NCBI GenBank assembly: GCA_038496445.1
Contig: JALMLS010000130.1
Coordinates: 62,001 to 126,000 of the forward strand
Length of the DNA: 64,000 bases
Source of the DNA: Trichosphaerium sp. ATCC 40318
Taxonomy: Eukaryota; Protista; Tubulinea
Reading direction: 5' to 3'
Shown here piece by piece: positions 11,630 to 23,881 of this stretch. How positions within the stretch are numbered: position 1 is the stretch's first letter; every line of letters starts with the position of its first letter. The notes below the pieces were generated by a model. That model did no database searches. It had not been told where the DNA came from and saw only the letters and a list, made by a program, of their open reading frames with translations. Both the position numbers and the translations under genes were made by a program.

Positions 11630-12675
11630 TTGTCCACAAGTAACGCTTATTCGAAACAAACTTGATCAATAATTATAGCCATAAACGCATACAACTCAGG
11701 CTGTTCTTCATTTGGATTAAGAATGGAGACACGGTAGTAGTCAGCAATGGAACGCAGTTTTGATATTGTGGCAATTTCTTCTTCTTTAAGAAATGTTTGA
11801 AGACTATACTTATAGGTACCTTCTTGTAAGTTGAATTCACTCTTGATACCATACTTCTGTTCTCCTATCATTACTTTCCAAGTGAAGCCTTTATCAGATT
11901 TGTAATGCATTGAAGCGACAAAGGAACCGTCCTTCTTTGTTATGTAATATTTTGAATACGCTGCCATAAATTTTTTTTCAGCTTTCAGTAATGTCTTGCC
12001 TTCAGTGTTTTGAATTTTAACATCGTTATTTAAGAACTTTCCTTCTGCTTTGTAAAGAAGCTCCTCTTCTCTTGTTTCAACCTTGTATTTTGCCGTTGAC
12101 GACCACTGCTTTTGTTTCACGTTTAATTCCATTTTCTAGTAAATTAGCCGTTGCTGTTGTTGTGTATGTCTTGTATCACGTGCGATTATGCTTTTTACTT
12201 TGTCTTCAAAAAGTCTTCACTATTCCCACAATTCTACATCTCCTAAACCACCTGAGGATGGCAACGAATGAAGCAGAAATAAAAACACGAAAATTGAAGT
12301 TCAATTTGAAAAGTTTGATTTGGGTTTTTGGCAGTACACAAAAGATTGTAGCGACTAAACACCAAATCTGCTATAAAGAATAGAAAGAATTAATGTGTAT
12401 TAACGACAACAGAGCACCTGTGTTTTAACATGAGCATGTCGGGTTCATTTTCTGCCCGACATTGTCCAAAACTTTCGTTTTAACTAGCGTTTGCTTTAGA
12501 GTTATCTATGCACGTCGGACATTTTGTCACAACAGTTCTTAGACCAAATTAAAATGTCCCAGTTTAAATCCGACAAGAAAGTACTGTTGCTATTCTTACG
12601 CTACTGTCAAATGCCGTAGCGAATAATATGACACTAGAACATCTTCGTACTGCGTTACTGCACGTGATAGTTGTA
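11630..12675 (-). repeat. Repeat B, copy 1 (LURP-one-like gene plus about 520 bp upstream; inverted partner 33765-34800)
   Basis: Continuous reverse-complement similarity over about 1.04 kb. Confidence 0.95.
11647..12132 (-). CDS. LURP-one/Tubby-C2/scramblase-like protein, intronless, paralog 1
   Basis: 161-aa ORF: KQKQWSSTAKYKV..LYKAEGKFL...C-terminal helix LYAFMAIIID. Confidence 0.75.
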   Translation of the reverse strand: MELNVKQKQWSSTAKYKVETREEELLYKAEGKFLNNDVKIQNTEGKTLLKAEKKFMAAYSKYYITKKDGSFVASMHYKSDKGFTWKVMIGEQKYGIKSEFNLQEGTYKYSLQTFLKEEEIATISKLRSIADYYRVSILNPNEEQPELYAFMAIIIDQVCFE

Positions 12676-12851
12676 AATGTTCCAACCAAAAACGATCAAG
12701 ATGATAGCAAGGGCATTGTTCCTTCAATCACTGTCACATTGATAGTTTCTTTATTTATGTGCAAGTGTTTACTCTGTTGCACCATCACAACGCAACCGGC
12801 TTTCAAATACACGTGTTACAAAGTTGTGCAAGGAGATGTTATACCAATTGT

Positions 12852-15820
12852 CTATGGTCCAGGAGGTACATATGAACTGGATATTGTGCTTAACCGTACA
12901 GTATTGTTATTATTAAGTAGTGATGTACTATTAGCACTAGCTACAACTGATTGCCTAGTACAACATTTCTTAACTCCAGCAGCATAAAGATCAATGAAGA
13001 AGCTTGCTAGCTGGTTGACAAGAATAGCAAAGTTGACAATAAGCGTCAACACAAGTAAACATGCAAATACTGCTGTTTTTGATGTGATTTGCATTGCCTC
13101 AGTCTCATGTACTATAACTGAAGCATGATTAAAAATCACATCAATCCTAGGTCGGAAACCGTTCCTTGAGTATAGAGCTTCATGTGTAACGCTATCAGAC
13201 TTTGGACCAATCAATCTTTCTTTACCTACAGACACAGCAATATATCCTTATATAACAATGAGTACTCAAAATCCTATTTGCTGTCTTTGTGCGCTTACCA
13301 TCCACTACTGGTTTACTATCTACTCTCTCTGAGGTTCTCACAACTGTCGTTGTTGTGATTGGTAGTTCTATTTTTTGAGTAGGCAGCATAGAGCTTTGTG
13401 GAGCCAGAATCCAATGAGTAGTATTAAGACCTATTTGGGAAAAAGAAAAAAGGTAAACGATAAAACCGGCATTTAAGTTCTTTCTACGTACCATGTGCTC
13501 CAGCTGATTCAATTTCTACACGTATGGCAGAGAACCATAGATTGGTTGGTTTGCCAAGCCTTTGATCCACAAAATAAAAACTACAGTTTGTTCCTTCATT
13601 GTAATTTCCGTGTATAACAGTTGTTAAGCTTAATACCAGCATTAACAAGTTGCCTCTATCCATAAGTTAAGTTGATGTCGCACCTCACATTTGTAGACTC
13701 TTTGACTAGTTCTCCACTACCAACATTGTTATCTATTACCACCCGAGGCAAAGCACTTCCAATGACTCCAATCCATGATACAGAAACAGAGATATTTGTC
13801 CTCCTGCAAAACAATCAATGAGATATACTTAACAACTTCTCTGTCAGCTACCTTTTGTTCTGAATATGAAATGCCATTTCTTCGCTATCCGAGTCAAGCA
13901 TAAGAACAGATGTCAATTGCTTTGAACGTTGTGTATTCAATGTTGATTCAGACACTGCATTCAGGTCGTATGGCGTTGGTTTATAGCTTGTGAATGTATA
14001 TCCAATTGCCGCAAGTCCCATTACCAAGAAAAGTAGCATAGCTATAGTAATAATACCACCACGGACAGTACCACGTGAAGATATTTGTGAACTTTTAATT
14101 ATTGGAGATTTATCGAGATCAATATACTTGAGCGTTTTAATCATTGTTTGGTTGATAGGTATACCCACACAATGACGTAAAACACAAAATGTGATTATCA
14201 CAATTAATGCCAATGTAAGGAGTGTAATAGAAGTAGCAAAGAAGTATATATTCTTTGGAGTAAGCACAGGAGATGTAAACACATCGTCAATGCTTGGTTG
14301 TTCAAGTGATCCAAAAGGGTAAGATATTTGCTCATTGATCATCAAATGGTAGTACATAGGTTGCACAGATCCACCTGGACAATATGTACCATTTGGACAT
14401 TTAATACAGTCACCAAGTACCTCATCGCTGTACCAACCTGCTTGGCAATATGTACATATAGTTTCTGAAGGCTCTAGACCTTTACCACATTGTGCACCGG
14501 GTTCTATGCTAATGTTGATTACTTCAACATCACCTAAGGTTGGCTTTGGAGTATGTAAGTTAGCTAGTGATAAGTTAATTGATTTGTCATACCCTTCTAA
14601 TAAACAAGGTGAATCCTGGTTGTATGCTTAAAATTATTGATGGTACACCCCTTGATACAATGGCGGTGGTAAAAATATTCGGAATGATACTTCTCTTTGT
14701 ACATTCATCACCCTCAACTTTCATCCCAATAACACTTGGGGCTCTGTTTATTTCATTGTCTAGTAAAGCATACAAACAATCTCCTTCAGACCACCTATTG
14801 TTGAATAGTTAGCTTTAACCAACAAAAATACTAAAAAAGCCACGTGCCCATATGCCGAGCACTTTCCAATAAAAAGAGACATGATAGTTTCACGGTCTAT
14901 TCTACCTATCTCTTCACCACAAGCATAGTCCATAATAACAACCTGGTCTTGTGTAAATGACACTTGATTGCGAACAGCAAGAAGGTAATCTCTACCTTCA
15001 CCAAGAACTAACATTGTTATGTAAGAAAACAACACAAAGAACAATCGATCATAAAGTATGTAATAAAATTAGCTTCTTACTTATTTTGACATCTGATGTA
15101 ACGAAACCAGAGCTATATTTAGATTTTAGACTCTTAAGTGTTCCATCAAAATACCACTCAGAAGAGACAATCCACTTATCCAATCCAGCAATTATAACCT
15201 TACCACGAACAATTTTAATATCAGTAATCTGATCAAAAAAGGGTAGACCCTTTTTAGAGAGAAGACTGAATACAAGAACAGATGTTCCTCTTTGAAGAAA
15301 AACATCAACTGAGTTTAAGGCAGTTACAATATTTCCGTCATTGTCGTTGTGTAAAACGTTACCAAACATATCTGACGTTGTATTCTCAGGTGGTACTATA
15401 TGCTGTATGTGTCTTACGGTAGTGCGATTGAAAAGAGGCGATATTTCAACAAGGAAGTCGTCTATACTGCGATCACCATCGTCATTAACAGATACAGCGA
15501 GTCTATTGCCTGATACTGAAATGCTAATGATTGTCTCAAAGTCGTACGTTATTTCAGCGCATGGTATGTCAGAATGCTCTGAAGGCGATATAACTACAGT
15601 ATCCTCACCAGCAACGAACCATAGAGTACCATTTGAATTAGATAGAAACGATTCAGGTTGCACTCCGTCTAAAGGAAGCCAATAAGTGTTGGGTACAAAC
15701 TGACGTTGTAGAAGCTACATTTGACGCACCTGGTACAAAACAGCCTTTAAAATAATTAATCTCAAACGATACCGTTGTAAGAACCAAGAGCAGACATACA
15801 GAAATATAAGCGTAGGCCAT
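12852..15820 (-). CDS. Large membrane protein: signal peptide, beta-rich ectodomain, Cys-rich CPxGxYC (ephrin-receptor-like) repeats, three TM segments
   Basis: ATG 15820 MAYAYISVCLLLVL. Contains CQAGWY...CIKCPNGTYCPGG, TM segments at FFATSITLL, IITIAMLL and LVLTLIVNF. Multi-exon, stop at 12852. Confidence 0.7.
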
Positions 15821-16390
15821 AAACGCTGTTTCAGTACACTGGTTACAAACACCTTTAAGTCAACTTAAAAAGGAATTGATCAATGATCCGAATTTCGGTA
15901 CATTCTGTTATTGGCATCTCAATGTCAGAATGTTGTAGGTCACTATGACATATATAGATTCGAATAAAAATGTACAGCCCTAGAGAACTGAGTGTATCCA
16001 TAGCAAAAATATTGAACACTGAAGCTGATTCTCATGTGCTGAAATTGAGAGCAGATAAAACAGAAATCCTGTTGAGAACGAATTTTGAAGCTGTTTACGC
16101 TTACGTTAGCAATGGTTCTCAAGGTAGAATCACTTCGCCAAAACTCACTTTGGTGTCTGAAATACAAGCTAAAACACGAGCATTTTACTGAGTTGACCTA
16201 GACCATCGACAAGTAACGAGAATTCATCACTCATGCACGCACCGTATTTTGTATGATGCCAACACGTGAATTTACATTTCGTTCTTACCACAACGCTCAT
16301 AGTGGTTAAAAGGAACATTACATTGCTAATGTGATTTTATTCTAGAATACTTTTACGATAAACACGTGAAGTTTATGAGTAACATTAAAC

Positions 16391-16843
16391 TCATTCTAAT
16401 TTAGGTTGGATCTTAGCAAACTCTGCCGACCACATTGCTCTCTTCATAGCGCTTTCAAAAGCGCCTTTACCTTCATGGCAGTATTTGGCGCATTTTTTGG
16501 CAACTTCGTATTGATTGTCTTTCCATGCCGCTCTTACAATAGCTACAGACAAAAACAATAAGCAACAGAATAGACAGAAATTGTGTTAAACAAAAACTTT
16601 ATCCTTCAGTTCAGAGACCTCAGGACCCTTTCTACACACCAAGAAGTGTTACAAATTGTTTCCAACAAACGTACTGTCACATTGTTTAGCAGAAAGGCTA
16701 ACCCTTTGTTGCGCGAGAGCTTGCTTAGCAAAGTCCTTTTGTTGTGCTTTCCAGGCCTTCTTAAAGTGGGCAAGTATCGCTTTAAGGTCAGCAGCGCTTG
16801 CTTTCCTCATGCCAGGTTCTATTTTCTTTCCTACGCGTGTCAT
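16391..16843 (-). CDS. Small helical protein, DUF4476-like, two exons
   Basis: ..VSLSAKQCD(T)IVRAAWKDNQYEVAKKCAKYC.. after a GTACGT...TAG intron. The pattern resembles DUF4476. Confidence 0.55.
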
Positions 16844-18011
16844 GTTGCTTGAGTTGTTTGATGCTGGTTGTTATGATGAAAATGAAGTTTATTCTAATGG
16901 ACAGAATTCGCGTTGACTTCTCAGCTTCTTAAAAGTTTACGGTAATGCATTCTTATCGTTAACCGACGTTGTATGCATACGCACATGTACGAACCAAACC
17001 ACTGAATCATGTGTTTGTAAATGCGGTTCAGGTGGAAGTCTTGAAAAGGAAAACTAGGGTGTGCGGTAATTATCTGAATGAAAAACAATACAGCTACTGA
17101 AAAATATTTAGCGAATCAACTTTGGCCATACCGTAGGAAGCTACACTAGCGTATATCGCATGGAAGGTACGTTTCCTTGATCAATACTGTTCGGTTCCGC
17201 TTACATATACATTCACATATTTCACGTGAAATCAACAAAAAATCACGTGAAACTACGGTACAGTTCAACACGAAAGTTATGAACTTTTTAGCGAACTACT
17301 GTAAGGAGACCAAACCTTGCCACACTTTCAGCCAAACAAATCCACAACAAATCCTAAAAACTTCTGGTTTTTTGTAGTTTTTTTCAACTTGCGGAACTAT
17401 TTGTGTGACAGTACTACCCATGGCCCATACGGAACAAGCTTCAAAATCACCAACATTACTCTGATTCCATAAACCCACCAATGACTCACTATCAAATTTT
17501 GCGTCCTACGAAAGTAGAAGTACATAATTGAGAAAGAAAAAAAAGAATAGTGCTATTACCTCTGCACACAACCACTACCCAATTCGATATCTTATAGCGA
17601 AAATTACGAAGGTAAATCCCTTGTATAGGGTCACTATTACCTGCCCCTCTGACCTTCAGCTCTGCTGCAACTTTGCAAAAAAAGTAAAGCTGCATTGCAC
17701 GTTACTTTGTAGGCTGCACTTCAGCTCTACATCACCGAAACACCTTCAACATCTACTATAGAGCCTAACAACCGACCAGACGGCGATTACATTTCTTACC
17801 GTTTCGCTAATCTCAACGTCTCGCAAGATCAGAAAGAAAGAAAACTCTAACGCTAACACAAAGTCTCATGAGGCGTTTACACAAAGTAATTCTCATTGCA
17901 AGCACGTGATCAAGTTTGTCAAATCTTGACATTGTCTGTTTAGTGGAATTCCAGCAAGGCGTACAAATAAAACAATATATTGCATCTAGAGGTTTACAAG
18001 TCGTTTTTTAT

Positions 18012-18995
18012 TTAGCATTCGAATTTCAATAATTCAGCAGCATTAGCTTTCAAACTTTTAGCGTATTCCTCACGGAGGACCTTTCTGGCCTAATAATAAT
18101 ATCGTAAGTAAACAAGCATTAAAATAATTGAAAAAAAAACGCTTCGTTCAGTCATTTCTGCACAGCAGCAAATATTTTCTTTAAACAACACCAAGTGCCG
18201 TTGAAAAAAAAAACAAGAACAAGAGGTTCTACGCGCGTTTGAAAAATACGTTTTAAAATTGATTTGGAATTTGTTCGTTTTAGTTCTTATATTCGCTTTT
18301 AACCGCGTTGGTAAATAGTATGGATTTCGTACCTTTCGTTTCACGATTTTAGACTTGAAACGATCAAAATCTGTCATAGCGGCATGTCTCTTTGCCTTGA
18401 GCATCTTTTTACCCCAAGATGTTTTGTCAAAAGCGGCTTGGATGTCCTATTACAACGTATTAGTAATTGTTAAAACAATCAATTTTGTGGTGCATACCTC
18501 GTCTTTCCAGACTTTAAGTACGTCTTCAGTAGTGGCACCACGTCCAGAGAGTTTAAAGACGAGAGGTGTGAGTTCGATCCATCTGTATGGGATACCATGA
18601 CGAACTACATCAGGGGCTACAATGACGCACTACCAACCAGTAAACAGCAAATTCCAAGTGAGAAAAGCGGGCGTTGATAAGATCAAGTTGTTTGCGTCAA
18701 AAGTCATGTAAAACAGCCTATTATTTTAGCTTGTGGTACGTACTCTGTTGTGGTCAACGATATCTACAATGATAGCGATTTTTTGTGCGTTTGGGCCAAA
18801 TGAAATCTTGACAAGGCGACCGACCTCAACTTGCTTTTGAAATAATTCTGTAGCCTATTGAGCGTAAATTACGTTTCCCGGCGCAATATTGGCATTATTT
18901 AATTTCTCAAAGGAAAAACAAAAGAAATACGCTTTTTGGCGCATTTTATCATTGTTGCCGTCAATCGTCAAAAAACAAAAGGAGATACGCACCAT
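18012..18995 (-). CDS. RPL14: 60S ribosomal protein eL14
   Basis: [42 protein letters not shown]. First exon is ATG only. Confidence 0.96.
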
Positions 18996-19092
18996 TCTGT
19001 AAAAAGTTAGTGAACTAATCCTGTTGACTTTTTGCTCGCTATTTTTTAGTGATAATATCCCACAAAACGGTTTAAATTCGTACCACTGCAAA

Positions 19093-20405
19093 ATGGCAAG
19101 CGTTGATATAGTTTTAGATAAAATCACGCGTTCTTATGAGCCTGGCGTACGTTTTGCGTTCTTTATAACATTTTGACACCTGTCAAAGGACAGCATCAAG
19201 GGTAACATCGTTGTACGTACCAAAGGGAACACGTCACACCAAGGCATCACTGTTTCGATGGTTGGGCTTGTGTCGCTTCATTTGAGTGCCAGGTCGGTTG
19301 GACTTTTTGAAGCGTTTTACAACTCAGTAAAACCAGTGACGTTGTGCGATTATACAGTAGAAATTGAGAGTCAAGGGAAAATTTCAGTACGCACAGTGCC
19401 AATTTCAACTCGCTAATGCGCTACTATACCCTCGTTGTAAGCGTCAAAATTAACAACTTTTTTTTGTAAATTGAAAGCAGAAGCTGACTTTTCATTAAGG
19501 ATGGCGTTACAGAGTACCCTTTTGAGTTCACGTTGACGGCTCTTGATGGTCAGCGTATATTAGAGACATACCATGGCGTTTACGTAAATATACAGTACGT
19601 ACTTCGCGCAGACATAACACGTGGGTTTCTCGCTGGAAAAAACCTTCAGAAAGAGCTCGAGTTCATTGTTGAGGTACCGGACGCTGTGCCTACTCTAACG
19701 CCAGAGGACTTTGTTATATCTCCTACATCTTTGGACAACGTTAAGGTGGTACGTAAAGGCGCTTGTAGTTGTAGTTTGTAACAAACTCTCAGAATGCGAA
19801 AAAAAATATTCCAGACTTCAATATAAAAGGAAAACTCGTCAGTTCTCAGTGTCTACTTGATGAACCATTTAGAGGTAGTTTACACGTGATTTACAATATT
19901 CTTCCAAGCTAGGTTTCATTGATTTAAAAGCATTTTAGGCTGGCTGATACTGGAAAAATGCGATAGTGATATTAGATCCATAGAGTTGCAGTTAGTGAGG
20001 GTACAAAATGCTCATTACAGCGAATTGCACGTGACTAATTTGACAAAATTAGGTTGAAACATGTGGCTGCGCTGACGGTTTCGCGAAGGAGGGTACGAGT
20101 CATTTATATGAAACTAGTTAACGAAGAAACAGCGACGGAAATACAAAATATACAGATGGGCGAGGGAAACATCCCAAGAAACTTAAAAGTTCCTATTCAT
20201 ATGGTATTCCCAAGGCTATTTACATGTCCTACATTGGTACAGCATTTGATTGTGTAAAGCAATGAGTTATGCTTATATTTTTGTGAAGGAAGAAAAAACA
20301 TTTAAAATCAACTTTGAAGTGAACCTTGTTGTTATGTTCACAGATGGAAGGCTTATAACCGAAAAATTCCCCATTAAATTAGCTAGAGGTCCGAAACATA
20401 TTTAG
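19093..20405 (+). CDS. VPS26C: Retriever subunit VPS26C (DSCR3)
   Basis: LSARSVGLFEAFYNSVKP, LETYHGVYVNIQY, SIELQLVRVETCGCADGFAKEATEIQNIQ, FPRLFTCPTL. Confidence 0.96.
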
Positions 20406-20540
20406 AAACGCACTTACGTCACTCCGAATGCGCTGTGCGATGGTTCGGTGCGTAGTTGTGTATCTTGCGACAAGTAATAAAAAAAATGATGCAAGCTTTG
20501 CTTGACCGGTGTGAATTTTTTTTTTATTGCTAGCTCCTTC

Positions 20541-22891
20541 AATGAGCAATTTACATGGTGCCAACGGTGACAAAGACCGTAATGGAGAGTCTGTGCGCAG
20601 AACAAGCAAAGTAGAGCCCCGAGACAGACGGAGGGCTGATCTGTCCACTCAACCTAAACAGGGTGAATCTAACGATTTAAACCAAAAGATGACTTCGATG
20701 CGCATAAGTCGTACGAGGCGATAACTTTTACTTTAAATTGTTTGTTGTTATCGTTGCTAGTTAATTCTAGTTGTACAGCGCTCTGTTAATTTATTTTTGG
20801 CGACTTTAAGGCGATCACTTTGTAAAAACGCCACTACGCTCCAATCATTCTTATTTGCACAAAATATAGTCTAAAACTCAATAACTTTACAAAATTAGCC
20901 TTCTAATTACAAATAGCTCGCTCGGGAGAAAATATGATCATTCGTGCAAACGGAACATCATACGAGTGCAACAAGGTTGTCGGTAATGGTTCTTTTGGCG
21001 TCGTTTACATGGTAAGTCTCACCAAATTTATATTTGTGCGCTAGCGCCTTCGCCTTGTTGGATGTCGCTATTTAGCATCACTTGTGCACACTGCCACTTG
21101 TCACAAAATCTTTTTAAACTAAAGGTTGCTGGTAGGCAACTGAGCTTGGAAAGGATAAAACTAACTATACTGGTGATATAGTAGCAATAAAACGTGTATT
21201 ACAAGATCGTAGATACAAGGTAGGATTTAGAAAGTTGTTCCAAAACAAAAACTGAAAGCCAGTGTGTCAGAGTTGCACACGCGATCTCCGTAGTAGATTT
21301 AGTGCAAAGACGTTTTGATAATTTTTTTTCTCACTTTGTAGCTTTTTTGCTCACATTTCGCCCTACAGAACAGAGAATTACAAATAATGCGCATGCTGTC
21401 TCACACTAACGTCGTGCAACTCATTAACAGCTTTTACGAACATGAAGGCGTACGTTAATCTTACTTTCGAATATTCCTTAGTTTTTAAAACCTTGTTGTA
21501 TTCTTGTAGTTCCTTTTTGTCTCTGTTTCTCTGCCTAATTATTTTTTTGTAGAACGACGTTTATTTGAACCTCGTATTAGAATATGTTCCTCAAACACTC
21601 TACAAATATAATAGACAACATCACCGTGCAGGTAAAAGAATTCCAATGGTTTGCATTCAGGTGCGTAAATTTGAAAAAAAAAACTTTTTGGCCCAAATAC
21701 CCTTCTGACGTCATGTAGCTTTATACTTATCAGCTCATGCGTTCATTGGGATACGTACACTCCTTGGGAATCTGCCATCGCGACATTAAGCCTCAAAACT
21801 TACTCATAAACCCTGCAACTCATGAATTAAAATTATGCGATTTTGGATCTGCAAAGATGCTCGTTAAGGTACGTTTGGCGTTAAATTGTTTTTGTGCCGT
21901 ATATTTTTTAATTAACAGAATTTAATTAGGGAGAACCTAGCGTTTCCTACATTTGCAGTAGATACTACAGAGCTCCGGAACTAATATTTAGAGCTACAAA
22001 CTATACTCAATCAATTGATGTATGGTCGACTGGTTGCGTGCTTGGAGAGATGGTGCTTGGAAGCCCAATTTTCCCTGGTGAATCTGGTATGTGGACTTTT
22101 ATTTTTTTTTTTTTTCATGCAAAAAAGCCCTTTTGAAGCGTAGTGTTCGTTTTGAAAGCACTCTATTGATACTACAAACTGATTGGGCACTATTTTATCT
22201 TATTGATAAGTTTTGCTTTTGTGTTAACTCGTGAGTAGGTGTAGACCAACTTGTAGAGATTATGAGAGTACTGGGCACACCAACAAAGGTAAGAAAATTA
22301 TTGATGCAGTGAATGTCGTCTAATACAAGGATTTAGGAGCAACTCCAAGCGATGAATCCAAATCATCAAAAATTTCAATTTCCTGAGATTACACCACATC
22401 CTTGGTATAAGGTATTTATCCCTCATGCGCCTTCATGTTATTGACGTCCTCTAAGCTATTCCCTGCCGCTTTGACAAAGCAGGAACCTCACTTTCTCGAC
22501 TTTGTTGATACGCTTTTGCGTTACACGCCGACTGAGAGATGCTCTGCCCTTGAGGCTTGCGCTCATCCATTTTTCGATACTTTGCGAAACCCTCGCACTA
22601 AGCTACCAGAAGGCGGCAACTTGCCACCCCTCTTTGACTTCTCTAAGCAAGGTACGTACTCTTCTTTGCAACTATGTCATTGTTTTCCTCCGTTTCTTTT
22701 TTTTTGGTGTTCTTTTATTTTTGCTACGCTGCTTCGTGTACCTACAAAGCGTAAGGGTCGCTCAGTGGTTTCTGGAAATTGTTTTAAATAATTTATTGGA
22801 TTTGTTTTGTTTTGACTTTTGTTCTTCTTTAGAGATTGAAGAAGCGCGTAAAATAAATGCTCTTGATAAACTGTTGGTGCCAAATTGTTAA
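20541..22891 (+). CDS. GSK3: Glycogen synthase kinase 3 / shaggy-like kinase
   Basis: [71 protein letters not shown]. Confidence 0.97.
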
Positions 22892-23881
22892 GGGAATTTA
22901 AACCTTTTCTCTCTATATGGTGTATCCCTTTGTAAAAATTTAAAGGGAGGGTAAATCCTTTATTATTGTGTTTCGTTTTTTTATAAAGTCATGCTATGCA
23001 TTTCTTTATTTAACTTGGAACACTTTATATTTACCCCTCTTTAAACGCTTGTGTACTGATTATTTGTAAATACCAAGATAAAACGTGTTTGTTTGAGCAA
23101 GTTTATTTAGTACTTGTTTGTTCTGTTGGAGTGTCATGATTTGTTGATTATATGACCTTATTGTTTTTGTTCGATAGTTACTAATACATTTCGTATTTTT
23201 TTTTATCTTGAGCAAGAATGTAGTGTTGCTTGCTTTTGTTTCTTAGCACATGTTTGCACACGTGATTGATCGTTGGTTTATATTATTGTTGGAGGTGTTT
23301 GCTACGCGAAGGTAGCAACAAAGAAGGCGTAGTTCCTTTTTGTGCTATGTTTTTCGACATGAAAATATGACGTCACTATCGGTACAGACAACTAGAAGGA
23401 TAGAACGAAATGCTACAAGATGGAGGGCGCTATTGAAGTGTAACACTTGCTAATGGAGAGCAGTTGTGGACAGCATAATAAACTGTTTACAAGTTGTGAT
23501 CACCATTCGCGTTTCAGCTTAGATATCTACGCCGCTTCATAGCTACGAATAGCGGTTTATCTCCAGAATCTCCTTGTTGGTTTTTTTGGTTAATAACTGA
23601 CTTTCACTGTTCGTTGGGTTGTTTACGCACTTGGCGTATGGAATATTAGCTATAACAGTTGTTTGCGTGAGCAGAATATAAACGAACATTTTCTGGTCAA
23701 AAGCCAAAAAAAGTTGAGCACATTACCCAAATGTGACGAAAAAAATTTACATTCTCGTGGTTCTAATATCGTTTTTTACATGTCAAAATATACCATTGGG
23801 TCATTCCCAAAGTTTTCTCTATGTCTCCAAGTCATTTATGACTTAACTTCATTAATTTTTGTTTAACACAAGAGGGAAACG

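Noticed and set aside
15716-15730. Apparent 15-nt intron gtgcgtcaaatgtag
   Set aside because: A single 58-nt intron from the upstream gtatcg donor explains the frame more simply.
18090-18992. Intronic snoRNAs in RPL14
   Set aside because: No convincing C/D or H/ACA box pairs were visible.
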